Notes: generated by a model not told the origin, from the letters alone. DNA of 64,000 nucleotides from Camelus ferus (GCF_009834535.1 NC_045697.1:43092001-43156000), one strand, 5' to 3'. Counted from the first letter of the stretch, positions 51,570 through 63,800 are shown. Translations and numbers: made by a program.

Positions 51570-51960
51570 CTTACGGAAAACCAGTCTGCACAGTGGTAGA
51601 TTTCACCAGTCGTGTTTAAAATTAGCAGTGAAGATACGCAGAAGCTCAGAGTTCTGAATACATGGAGCCGTGAGCTATCAGGAAACCCTTAACTGCTGAG
51701 AAGTCAGCACTTTCATTGGAAGAGACCTGAACTCTGGTTTCCCTTTGTGTGACCACGGTATCACCACCTCAGTGTCCCAGAGCTGCTGCATATCATTATG
51801 TAACAATCATAAACAACCCATAAAGCAAGGTCTTTTTTCTATTAACAGCTACTCTGAATCACTTCATGATTATTTGGAAGGTTGAGTGACCATGAATAAG
51901 CTACACCAAGACCTTACCGCCCAGAGACCTTCTCAGTCTTCTGTGTTGTCTTAGCCTTTT
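51570..51960 (-). pseudogene. Fossil collagen segment
   Basis: (G)SL GGK, (G)AL GH* G, GKP (G)FR .LP, (G)VK GFL .AH GSM. Confidence 0.7.
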
Positions 51961-52999
51961 CTACTACTTGATTTTCTTAAAAACATAATTCTAGTAGAAT
52001 TTATCTTTGAAAGTCTTAAATTTAACCATGAAGCATAACCAAATTTTTGGATAAATAATGTGGGAGGTAAAAAAGGAATGCACATTTGTGTTGTTAGATT
52101 TCTGATTTATCCCAACGTTGAACAGCATGCATGTAACTCTACTGCCTCCCAAACCCCAGCTAAATGATTAGTGAAAAAGGAAGTAGGAGAGGAGATGAGA
52201 AAACCACAGCTGAAGACAAAATTTTGAAGGATGGCAAATCAATGGGCACATGGAAATTAAATTATTTTGCTCTGTTACATATTTTAGCTTCCTGAACTGT
52301 ACATCAACAGACAAGAAAAAGATTACAGTGATCTTTTTTTTCCCTTAGGAATCCCAAACAGTCTGCAATATTGTCCATTGAAAATTGAGCTGCAAAAAGC
52401 TTGAGGATTTTTAATTTCAGAATATCAAAATGTTTAAGGCAATTACAAAAGCCTTATTACAATTACAAAAGTTATAATTTTGACTATTTGGGGGTAGATA
52501 TGAGCAAGGTGAGAGCTAGGATTCAAATTTAGATATGAGAAGCCAGAAAGAACATACCAGGGCAGTCGTGTGGTTAAGAGGTTAAGCTTGGTGTGTGTAG
52601 TTGCACTGAGTATTGATTCAATAGTAAGAATAACTTTTTAACAATTGGAGCTTTCCTAAAATGGAGTGGCTGCCTTCCGGAGTAGTGAGTGTGAGTGTCC
52701 AAACATTGGATGTATTAGGAGGCATTGCTGTGATCAGTGGGAAACAAGACTAGATGACCTATAATGTCCATTGTGTAATTCTAATGTAAGTGGTAAAATA
52801 CTCAAAATTTTCTAGTTTCTAATTCCTATTACAGATAGTTTATCTCATATCATGCTTTTACTTGACCATGTGGTTAAGAATCCCAAGATTATAATATAGG
52901 ACATCTTTATGGTGTGGTACCCCTAAAATACTCTGTATATGAGTTACATGGTGTGGTGTCTATGGGGTGGTGTTCCTGATTCTATATTCTCACACTTGT

Positions 53000-53780
53000 T
53001 TTTCTTCTTCCATTTATTTCCCATCTCGATAACTCAGACCTGAGAGACATCTTCCATTCTTCCTATGTCCCATGCCAACATCAATCCATAAGTAAGTCCT
53101 GTTTTTTTTATTTTTAGCCTCTAAATTAGATCTCACATCCATTTCTTTCCACCTCCATTCAAACTGCCATCAGCATAAATACAATCATCCCCTCCAACTC
53201 CTGGGTTCCAAATAATCTTACAATAAATTTTAGTTTAAAAGATTCCACATGAACTGGCTCTTCCTTTTCTTGTCAGCCTCCCTCATGTTCCTCTCCCTCT
53301 TTGTCACTCTGCTTTAGCCACACTGGCCTTTTTTCTTTTTCTTTTTTCTTTCTTTTCATTGAAGCACAGTCAGTTGCAATGTGTCGATTTCTGGTGCACA
53401 GCACTGTCCCAGCCATACATATATCCCCTCCCTGCTCTTGGCCCTGGTGTTTTCTTTTCCCTGTGTCTAGAATGTTCACTGCTTGGCTTCTTTGTAACGT
53501 CCCCATCTCTTCACTTGACCATTTTCATCCTTTAGGTCTTAGCTCAGATGTCACCACTTCTGAGAAGCCTTCCCTGGCCACCTATTTTCCAGAACCTCCC
53601 TCAGCTACTCTCACTCTTTATTTCCTTCATGACAAAATGTGTGTGCGAGTTGCTCGTTAACGTGCTTGTTTATTTGACTAATTTTCTATCTCTACCACTT
53701 GAATGTGAACTTTAGGAAAACAATGATCTTGTCCATCTCGTGTAATCCTAGATTTAACTGGCATATGATAAACACAATAC
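53000..53780 (+). mobile_element. L2 fragment containing a short L1 tail (53330-53425, minus)
   Basis: L2 motif ctcagatgtcaccacttctgagaagccttccctgg; insert attgaagcacagtcagttgcaatgtgtcgatttctggtg. Confidence 0.7.
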
Positions 53781-53879
53781 ACATGTATATGATGTTTATA
53801 TTTAGTCGCAGATCATTTTCCAAACTTAATTCATAATCCTTGCTGGGTCTTTAATTCTCAGTAGTGATGTATTTCTGAA

Positions 53880-54330
53880 ACATTCTCTACTGTCTTCCAA
53901 AAGAGAAGCTTTCACCAAAATTCAGCCTTGAATGTTTCCAAATTCTTTTGGGCTGGGTAAGAAAATAGAGAATGAGGCACAAAGAAAAGGCCCTGGGATG
54001 CTAATAACTATACATCTGAAATATCAGTCATTTTAAAGATCTCAGAGGCCCAAAGCCCCCCGTCTGGATTCTCTTTTCAGTATTCTTTCTGACCTGATGG
54101 ATTTTACCCTCATTGCTTAATTTTCATCATTATCATTACTTGTCATCTTTGGACAGAGAATCGTATCAGCACAGCAGTTTGTACAAGCTGCTGTCTACTG
54201 TCAAATTTGTTAATGTCCTTATTACAGCATATAAAACCTTCGTCCTCTGCTGAGCTATCAAAGGCCTACTATCCGTCAGCATGTCAAACAGAACAAAGTG
54301 ACAAAGTCTTCTTTCTTGTCTTGCAACTTG
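53880..54330 (-). pseudogene. Fossil collagen segment
   Basis: (G)NE GK, PS GQK (G)Y*, (G)NP, GAL GL*, SQ GL, IQ G; part above 54120 more decayed (GFI, (G)PK). Confidence 0.6.
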
Positions 54331-54409
54331 AAAAGCCATTTAATATTGTACAATCCACTCAGCCTGTATGCTTTGTTTAGAATCTTATTCTTTCACTCCA
54401 CTTTTTCAT

Positions 54410-54590
54410 ATAACCCCTTCTGTGCCTCTAGATACATAGAAACCTAAATATGTTCTCCAAAGATGAGACCCGGGGGAATGAATGCCAATCAGTCCTTCCC
54501 TTGATTTGTTTAAGCATTCCCCTGGAGATTCTGATTTACTAATAATTTCCATAATCATACATAGATAATGTAAGGGCAAACTTTGGTCTA
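54410..54590. mobile_element. MER5-like hAT fragment
   Basis: tttaagcattcccctggagattctgat motif. Confidence 0.45.
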
Positions 54591-55024
54591 GTCCCCATGC
54601 AAATAATTTAACACTGCATCTTATGAGGTTGTTATTAAATAAAGTTTCATAGGCAGACTTTTGAGAAATAGACATTCTAAACATTAGCCTTCATGTGTCC
54701 CTAAGTTTTTATTTTTAAAAGAAATGCCTCTAAAAAAACTTAAAAAAAAAGAAAACATAAAAGAATGCCTCTCATGTCTGAACAAACACTCAATACAAGG
54801 AAATCTTGATATCTTTAATCTCATCAAGGATCAAATAGGGTTTTTTTTTTGAATTTTCAGTTTATTGAATGTTTATTTATGCATGTTTTAAGCTTTAATA
54901 TTAACTTAATAATAATAAATTACAAAACATATTAAATACTTTGTAAAATAGAGTATACTGAATATAGATTAATCTTTATTTGTGACTTGCAGTCATTAGT
55001 AACATTAACTCTTAAACTTCTTTT

Positions 55025-55770
55025 TATAACACAATGGTGCTCTCAGGAACCACTGAGGAATTTGGGACTGTTTGCCTCAACAACAGATTGGTATCAGGGT
55101 GTGCCTTTGTCTGCCTTTGTAATTTTTTTGCGTCCATTACTATTGGGCTGCATCCCCCCATTGCTGATGTTAGGACTTTTAGTAGCGTTCTTCTTCCCCC
55201 TGTTATTTAGCTGCTTCTGCTTCTATCTTACAAGAGTTTCCATACTTGTTAGAGAGGAGTCAGACCACATGTACAGAGATACTTGAGGCAGAGCTTGAGA
55301 GCCTCAATAAAAGGACAGTACATAGACTCTCATAGGTTGTCTATGAAGATGAAATGAAATCTCGTATGTAAGTGCTCAGCCATGGAGGGTACTTAGTAAC
55401 TGTTAAGACTTCTTTCTTGCCTTCATCTCTGCTTCCTTGACTTTCTTTTTGGCATCAAGTAGAAATCTTTCCTATCTTGAGCCCTTAGTGAGGTCATTGA
55501 TCAAAATGAGAGAGGCTCTTTCCTTGGAAGTGGTAAGAATTATCTCCATCAAATGGCATCAGAGGGTGAAGAGAACCAACTCTGTCCAGTGCCTTCCTTC
55601 AGGAATCCTGCCCTGAGTCCCCTTCTTAGCCTTGTCCCAGGAACAGGTTAGGGGATGGGGGAGAGAGGAGGAGGAGGAGCTTGTTCCCTTCTTGGTGTGC
55701 CTACACCTATAAAAGCCTAGATCTCTGTGGTAAAGATGTGAGGAGGGGGGGAGTTCCCCATGCAAGTTTT
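55025..55770 (-). pseudogene. Fossil collagen exon split by a MIR
   Basis: (G)DK (G)KK GTQ GRI PE GRH, SQ GSR; after the MIR: NR GKK, GRK, (G)DK GTP (G)YQ, (G)AN (G)PK .LS GS. Confidence 0.7.
55260..55405 (+). mobile_element. MIR fragment
   Basis: ctcataggttgtctatgaagatgaaatgaaat...gtaagtgctcagc. Confidence 0.65.
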
Positions 55771-56539
55771 TAGTACATATACATTATGACTACTGTTCAT
55801 TGCACTGTGAAAATGCAGTGAATGGAATCTTGTTAAACAGTAATCTACTTATTAATTCAATAAATACTAAGTGTCGGGAACTGAACATTTTCCAACAAAT
55901 AGAAGAAGATAGTCCAAGACCTCAGACAGCAAGTCAACATGGAAGTATGATATGTGCTGGAAGACAGGAAGATGTGGTATGTTGTGGAAACCCAAAGGAG
56001 CACCTGAACCAGACCGCAGTGGTGAGGGGGTATGTGTGTGTAGGCAGGGGGAGGTGGTTAGAAGTGTGGCTCCTGATTTGAATCTGAAAGAGTGAGTAGG
56101 AATTATCCAGGCAAAAGAGAGCTGGAATATTACAGAGAAGACTTAGTTTCAGAATAGGGTTCAGAAGTTCTCAAGTTGAACACATAATGTTTTGATACAC
56201 TTTATATTTTGTTTGCTTGATAATATTTTGCTATTGCCTTTGAGTTTTTCTTTCCTTGTGTTTTACCTTTGCTTATTTTATTTGTGAGAGGTTCCTTTAG
56301 AAAATGCTAGACTTTCTTAGTTGCACTAGGGAAGTTCTTAAAAATTAAAAAATAAAAGAGATTAATCCACTTTTGGGCCATAGACTGACTGATAGCTTAG
56401 GGATTGGTGATGCTGCAAGAGAACTCAAGTGAGAGACTCACAAGACAGGAGAAAACTCAGGAAACTTGTGAGCAGCCCTAATTTACAGTCCGTTTCCACA
56501 GCTGTCAAATGGGAACAGCATATCTAGCAAGGAAGTAAG

Positions 56540-56830
56540 AAGGTAGCTTTGTAGACAGACGGCTCTGGTTTTTACCCTAGCACTGCGATTTACTTTGTGA
56601 TCTTGGACACATTATTTAACATCTCTTTCCCTCAGCTTCCTTATGTATGAAATGTGAAAGAAAAAAACTCAATACCTATCTTTAAGATTTACTGTGAGGG
56701 TTAGATGAGTCAGTATTTGTAAATATTTATCTAGCACTAAAAAAATATCAAATATTATTACTATCATCAATATGACTTTAAAAACAGCTACTGTATGTAA
56801 AGAGCACAGCCCAGTGCCTGGCACATGGTG
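56540..56830 (+). mobile_element. MIR
   Basis: tgtgatcttggacacattatttaacatctct...cctcagcttccttatg. Confidence 0.7.
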
Positions 56831-57149
56831 ATGACTATTGCCTTCCTTCTCTTCCCGCTCCTCCACTTTTTCTCCCAGTTTCTCATTATCATCTGTTTCA
56901 AATGGGTATTTTCAGCCAATATTTTGTCCTTTCTTTTGCAAAAGAACCTTAATCCTGGGTCAGTGTTATAGTTTAATCCCGAATTGTTCTCTGATTCTTT
57001 GTGGAGTGTCTATCTTTCCTTTCTGACTAACCTGAGGAGAGGAACAAGGCTTAATACCAATAATACAATGCTGAGAATGTATCAGGTGTTCTGTAAATTT
57101 TTGTTGAATGGATTATCAAATAATTGGTAATGACTGAATAATCTTGATT

Positions 57150-58370
57150 GTTTGAGAATGGGAAAATAATCTATCATTGATGAAAGTCCTCTAATTTTTT
57201 ATGTGCTGAGTATTCACCCAAGAGTTAAGAATGCTTCAGGACTTGATGGAAGATTTCCAGGTCGATAGTGTTAGTTTTTATCTACTCCTGATAGAAACAC
57301 TTTTCTTCTCTTTAAAATAAAATATTTTCATCACTTCTAATATTCTTATTTAAAAAACAAATATTTGCCTTCTTCATTTTAATTGATCAGGGACTCAGAA
57401 AATAGGGTCTTTGGAAACATTGAAATTTTCCCTATACTGTACGTGTTTCAGTGAGTTCTTATTCTGTGATTTGGTAAACCCAGCGAAGTTATTACTAAAT
57501 GTAAGTGATTTACAGCTTTTTCTCTCATATTAACTCTCCCTACTTTAATACCACGTATCTATTTTCTTCTTATAAAGTGCAATTCTGTCAAAAAAGGTAT
57601 CTGGAAGTACTTCACAAATCATCTGCTTAATCCTTCATAGAATAAGGCCCGCATCAGTCATTCCTACTCCCATTTTCTGTATGAAAAGCAGAACCGATGA
57701 CCGACATGGAAAACCTGCAGAGTTAGGTGCCGAAACACTTCCTTGTACTTCATCCTTTTTCTTTACCAGCTTTCGAAACTCAGTCTTGTGCTTTGACACT
57801 TTCCATTTTCATTACTTCATTCTGATTCAACTTAGGTTTATAGTTGGTTTTCCTTTCCACCAGCTTCTGTTTTATTAGTAGGTTGAGAATGATTGCCTCC
57901 AAACATCTGAGGCATTAAATCACTCAGCTCTTGCCCAGCAGTTCCCCACGTGTGTCTTGCCCCTCATTTATTCAATACAACAAAATTACCCACAAATACA
58001 CAAAAGTCATCCAAGGAACTCATGATCAGTGAATTTGCCCAAATACAGTCATTGCTTCTTCCCATCCTGATCACCTTTCTTTGTGGTTCCTTGGCTCTCA
58101 GTTTTGACTTCCCGATCTTTCCATTTTTCAAATCCACTCTAAAGGACCTATTTAGTCTCCCCTCCCTGCTTTGGATTTGCTTTCCTTTATGTCACCCATT
58201 TGGATCTTGACCTTGTGCACATCGAGGATTTTGATTGTCTGCAAGTTTGGGTTGAAGATATCCTCCCCTAGCTCTGCCCAGAAAACCCCACCAGCCTGGT
58301 TCACCACTGATTATCTCCTCCTACCCACGTGGGAGAAAAAGGATTTAGACGTGTACTTCATTCTTCCTAG
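57150..58370 (-). pseudogene. Three fossil collagen segments (~57150-57287, ~57590-57910, ~57990-58370)
   Basis: tctatcag|GA GTA GAT, RP GNL, GEY, GLS; VQ GSV .AP .SA GFP (G)RS, GKP; GEP GWW GFL GRA, PR (G)AQ GQD, N GKI GKS, K GDQ. Confidence 0.7.
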
Positions 58371-59264
58371 CTGAATGTTTATGCAGTTAAGTGGTCAACA
58401 CCACTTCACTAGTCATAACCCTTTGAGACATAGCTTAAAAAATTCATTGTAATTTATTTTCTTTTCTAATTTTTGTCTTTTATACAAGCTCAAAGTTATG
58501 TCCACATATACAAATAGTTTAAGGGTTTAATAAATTAATAAAATCAGGCAAATGAGTAGAAAGATAATCATGCTGTTTGTAGGACATTAAAGTGATAAAA
58601 CAATTGATGCCTTACTGACTAAAAATAAAGCTAGTTCTTCACTTAGCTCTATCTAAAGTCTAATCATTTGGTAAGATAGTCATATGCATGTAAATTAGCT
58701 CATAACTTAACAATACAGCTTTTTCAGGGCTGTCTTCCCAATAGCTGATAGACCTAAATTTTGAAATCAGTGTAGTATTTATGTGTTTTTCATTTGTATT
58801 GAATTTTGATAGAGGAGGGCTTAATATTTCTATGGAATTTATTGTACAATGCAGAGTGATAAGCAGTTCAAATATAATGGCAGAATTTTCTTAAATAATA
58901 TTTAATTGGAAAAAATAGTTGAGGGGCTATGAAAATACATGCTAAGATTTTTTTCCAATAACGTTAGATCATAATCTTTTTTAGGGGGTACATATTAAAG
59001 TATCATTGTGTCTTTTATACAGAGATTACAGATAGAAGGATAGATACAGTATTTTTTCCCTCCCTGAGGTAATTCTCATCAAATAGTAATTTCAGAAACT
59101 AGCATTTTATAAGTCACTTGCTCTATCCCAGGAAAACATAAACTATGTGCTAATGCAGATGTTTGGAGGGGGAAATGTTGTATCTTTTCTGAGTGAGAGG
59201 AAGAAAGTGACATCCATGAGCTTTAAAGGATAGCATGTGACAGTAGGTGCTGCAATTGAAAGTC

Positions 59265-60206
59265 ATTATGGTCTTCGCAGTAACAAACTATCCCTGAACG
59301 ACACTCTCAGGAAAACATTAACAAAGCAGTATTTGGATGAGTGCCTTGATCTATCTATGAAGGGGTAGATGGAGGGTAGGGGAAAGGAGATATAGCTCCA
59401 ATGACTAGGAAAAATGGCTTGAAATGGCTGGTTCAGACATAGGTGGCCAATATCTTTTATCAAAGGAAATCAAATGATTATCATCTGCAATATGAGAGTT
59501 AAGAGTACTATCCTTTTACGTCTTGGCTTAGGAACTTACAAACTATACTCACTTGAATTCATTCTACCTTTACTATCTTTGAATTCATATAGCATTCTTG
59601 GGAAGTATTTATGGGTATGATTAATGATGGACTAGTCTGACAGCTATAAATTTAAATAGTATGTGAAAGCCAATACAATTAATTAAAAAAGTAGAAACTT
59701 TCATCAAAATTCATTGAGTACCCTTCAAGGGCTATGATTTTGGATAAAAAGTGGTAGGGTACGGAAGTACCAATTAACTAAATAGATGGGATAACATGAC
59801 CAAATTCCATCAAGCAGGTATACTTTCACAGTTTGTCTCTGGGGCTGGTCTTCTGATTTTGGAAGGACTTGACAAAGAGAAGGAAACTTTGCTTAAGTTT
59901 GATCCTGAGAACATGCCTGATGCTTTGTGATTTTCTTGGCATCAATGCATTTTATTGATTTTCATTCTTATTATAGATGTCATTGGAGTATTATTTTATT
60001 TTATATTAATACAAAGTGTTCACTATTGTTGAGAAAGAAATGTTCACATGTGTCACTCTTAGACTATACGTGAAGGTATAATTTATCTCCTGGTCCACCA
60101 GATGTCTATTATTGTTTGTGAAATCGTGTATCTTGGTAGTGGTTAAAGTATAACTACTTTTTCTTGGATATTCCATAGATTCTTCATCTGCGAGAATTCT
60201 TCTTCT
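59265..60206 (-). pseudogene. Three strongly decayed collagen segments (~59265-59500, ~59820-59917, ~60070-60206)
   Basis: DI GHL (G)LN, FP (G)HW (G)YI; (G)IK .KQ (G)FL, QK .SP (G)DK; (G)IL (G)DE (G)SM (G)YP (G)KS (G)YT, GGP GDK. Confidence 0.6.
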
Positions 60207-60409
60207 GTGTGACAATCAATCTTTTTAGTAGTAGTTTTTGATTTGGTTGTTATAATTTAATATGATTGTATAAAACTTCCTGCTTAATTACTGTACACCT
60301 GTCTATTATTTAAGAGCAACTGAAGTTATTATTAATTCCAATTATTTGACATAAGAAAGTGGGCCTAAAGTGTATAACCTTATTTATTATTTGGGCTCCT
60401 TATTCTTAA

Positions 60410-61530
60410 CCATTTTTGTCTCACAAACCACTTGGAGAAGCTGATGAAATCCTGAATTACCTCTCCAGAAAAGTACATGTGTGCTCATGTATGCAGAACT
60501 TCAGATATAGTTTCCAGGGGTTTGTGGTTCATTGAAACCCAACCATGGCTCAATGGACTCCAGTTTAAGAACCCCTGCTTAGTGTGCTTGAGGTTCCACC
60601 TGTATCCCGGCCACACTCAAAATTCCCAACCCACAGCTTCTTACTACACGTTCCCGTGACTCTACAGGGGAGTGCTCGCCCATGTGGAGGACAGGTCAGG
60701 TGCCTGGATGTTAACACCCTAGAACACCTCTCAACCAGTGATGGATAAATACCGCAGTTTCATCACCCATCAGGCAGGACAGCTTGGAGGCATTTTCTAC
60801 ACCATCTTCCAAGGGTCCTCAGCAGCAAGGGACCCCTTTTGACCACTGTGGTAACCTGCTCACTAACATGCTGATACTGGCTTTCTTCCCTTCCGTGTCC
60901 CACTCGCCTCCTCTCCGATGGATGCTTTCCTATATCAGCTTTTAAATAACCTACTTGTAATGAAATCTTAATCACAGTCTTCTCATTGTGGAAACTAAAC
61001 TCTTCCAGTTGTCAGTGCCGTTATAATAAATCACCCTTAGCAGCATAAAACAAGAACTTATTATTTTATTATGCCCCTTTATTCTCTGGGTTAGGAATTC
61101 AAGTAGGGCACAGCAGGGATGGTTTGTCTCCACTTGATGATGTCCTCAGGTGGGAATACGCAAAGGCTGGGGACAACAGGTGAGGTCTGGAATCACCTGA
61201 AGGCTCCTCCCGCACATATCTGAGGGCTGAGCTGGGGTGACTCAATGCCTGAGCTCAGCTCAGAGAGGCAAAAACCTGAGAACTTACAGGCAGCTTCTCC
61301 AGCATGGAAGTATCAAGGTGGTCACTCTTCTTACATGGTGGCTAGCTTTCCCCCAGGTGAGTTTCCCAAGAGAACCAGGTAGAAGCTCTGTGGCCCTTTT
61401 GGATCTAGCCTTTGAACTTGTACAGCATCACCTTTGCTACATTTTTTTGATTACAAACTCATCACTAAGTTGGCCCAGGTTGATGGAAAGTGTATCAGAG
61501 AATTTGCATATATACTTAAAAACTTCCACA
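60410..61530. mobile_element. hAT fragment, LTR16-like LTR (~60550-61000) and MLT1-like LTR (~61005-61530)
   Basis: tttaaataacctacttg...aaactaaac; ttctctgggttaggaattcaagtagggcacagcagggatgg. Confidence 0.6.
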
Positions 61531-61879
61531 CAAATTAAGACAGAGTTATTGCACAAGGAGGAGGATTTGGTTCCTAATGAAAGCAGTCTCCCTGAAAAAG
61601 CTTTAGTAAGTAAATACGGAAAACTACATTAGCAACCTTTGTTATTCTATTATTCTACCAGGTTGATCATTTCTATTAGCACAGGTGCAGCTGTAAGTCA
61701 GCCAAGAACTGATACGTCAGATTCCTATTTAATTTAATCTAATTTAAAATGCACTGGAAATTATTTTTTGATGAGAATAATAGAGTGAATTTACTTATAT
61801 AGGATTTTCATGAAGCTGATCATACATGTAATTGCGTTTTTGAACATCAGTTGTAATTTGGTACTTTAATAAATACGCA

Positions 61880-62200
61880 TCTGATCTTGAATTCTAAGTT
61901 TAAATTAGGCAGAGAAAGCAAAAGAAGGAAATACCGGGCATTATTTTGTGAAGGATAAAAGATAACATGAAGAGGTCTATGTGTATTTAACAGTACTAAG
62001 TTCATGTTAACAGGAGCTTGGAAAATTGCTTCCTCTCTTGATAGGAAAATAAAAGGATAAATCATAATATCATATAGTATCTGATCTGAAATGAGACCTA
62101 GAAGTTCTTTTAGTTCCAACTCTCCACTCTTTTTCAGAGGAAGTCTTGAGAGATTATGTATGTAGATTTTTAAATACATAATTTAGTTTCAGAAATTTTG
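61880..62200 (-). pseudogene. Fossil collagen segment
   Basis: ORF 61847..62179: (G)LP, GEL (G)LK (G)LL GLI .DQ, (G)IM .YP, SR (G)EA .FQ (G)PV. Confidence 0.7.
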
Positions 62201-62229
62201 CTTAGTTTGCTGTCTACAATAATTAAAAT

Positions 62230-62832
62230 AGCCAAATAAAATAAAACTATAGAAAAAGTAAAATGATTGGTAATTGTCAGGGGTTCAGGGGGAGGAATGA
62301 AGGATAAATAGGTGAAGCACATAGGATTTTTTAATTGAAGTACAGTCAGTGAAATTACTCTGTATGACACTGTAATGGTGGATACAAAACATAATGCATT
62401 TGTCAAAATCTGTAGACGTGTGCAACACAAAGACTGAACCTTAATGTATGCTGCTATGGACTGAACTGTGTTCATATGCTGAGACCCAAGCCACCAGCGT
62501 AACTATATAGAGATAGGAGCCTCCAGGAGATAATTAAAGTAAAATGAGATCAGAAGGGCATGGCCATAATCTAATAGGATTGGTGGCCTTATAAGAAGAG
62601 GAAGTGCTCTCTCTCTTTCTCCTCCCTCTTCCCTTCTTCCTCCCTCCTTCCTCCCTCTCAGTCTCTGTCTCTGTCTGCCTCTCTCCCTGTGTGCACACAT
62701 TGAGGAGAGGCTATGTGAGGACACACTGAGACGATGTCCATTTGCAAGACAGAAGAGAGCTTCACCGGAATCTGAACCCTGCAGGAGCTTTGATCTTGGA
62801 CTCTCCAGCTTCCAGAACTGTGAGGAAATAAT
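62230..62832 (+). mobile_element. L1 3' fragment (62230-62450) and MLT1A-like LTR (62452-62832)
   Basis: tgctatggactgaactgtgttc...ttgatcttggactctccagcttccagaactgtgag. Confidence 0.8.
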
Positions 62833-62849
62833 GATACGCACGAGAATAT

Positions 62850-63800
62850 TTGAGAAAGATCTGTTTTTCTGAAGTAAGGAAACAGCATCTATTTTGTCAT
62901 GAACCCTCTGATTATATGATTGATCACAATACAGACATTCCCCATCAGAGAGGAGACTTGCTGGACTTGATGACATTCTGTCAGGTTCCTTGGACAGGCT
63001 TTGATGGTTTTGCAATATTAAAATATGCTTATTTGCATCTTCCTCAGGAACATCTGGAGAGGGGGAAAAAAGTGGCTTTGGAAAGCTGTTCAGCTCCCAG
63101 AACACCGAGGCTGAGCAAACATTCCAGCTTTCCCTCGCTGGCCATCACTCACACCCAATGTATTTATTCTTTTTCTCCGACAAGAGAGCAACATTTGGAA
63201 TAGCTCAAGCTGTGGAGTTAATCATCAAGACGCCATGGGGATGTGTTAAGCTGTGGGCCTACCCACCTCGTCTGACTTGGAATCAACACCACCACTGGGC
63301 AGAGTAAGGCAAGCACTCTAGCTTGTCTGATGCGGGGCAATCAGATTTGCTGCCTTTCAAATTTCCTCTCTTTGTTTAAAACATCAATGCCAAGGACAGG
63401 AACTTGCCAGTGTTTCAGTGAGTCATTGGCTTCAACTCAGCACTGGCCCCAAAAGACTCTTACCTAACATGGGTACATGCCTCTTCCCTTTTATCTTGTT
63501 GTGTAATTTCACTCTTTTTCCAAGTACTGGGGTTCAGAATCTGGATTTCACCTTGTCATTCCTGAGTTGTGTTAGAACCTTCTGAAGACATTCTCTGTGC
63601 CCACAACTCCCTCCCTCCTTTGTAACACCTACCCAAGTGCTCTAAAGCCAATAACACTGCATGACCAAAAAAAGTTACCTCCCATCTGCTCCTTGTGATT
63701 CCAGATGAAGCTAGGCTTTGAGTCTGATGCTTAAAAGAATAATTCCTTACCTTGTTTCTAGCAGACAAATGTATATCTTTGTCACTAGATAGCAGTAGTT
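62850..63800 (-). pseudogene. Large fossil collagen exon
   Basis: 63117-63143 = intact GQR GKA GMF, then (G)QP (G)CS GS; SP (G)VP (G)ED (G)NK; (G)SS GIT (G)SR (G)EV .FF GHA (G)LL (G)LE; (G)EL (G)AQ (G)MS, GEI. Confidence 0.85.

Larger units (their letters stand above)
1..63800 (-). pseudogene. Ancient decayed giant collagen-like (Gly-X-Y) gene, multi-exon, extending beyond both window edges
   Basis: Dozens of minus-strand segments show 9-nt periodicity with Gly or near-Gly codons (AGA, GAA, AGT, TGT, GAT, GAC, GCA etc.) every third codon and Pro/Lys/Gln/Phe/Leu at X/Y. Many stops and frameshifts. AG/GT splice sites survive, often splitting the Gly codon (G|GN). Confidence 0.85.

Noticed and set aside
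59832..59930. Plus-strand candidate exon FVSGAGLLILEGLDKEK...
   Set aside because: No partner exons; it is the antisense of a collagen-like segment.
62503..63105. 200-aa minus-strand ORF as a real gene
   Set aside because: Chimera of decayed collagen sequence and an MLT1A-like LTR, with a non-ATG start.
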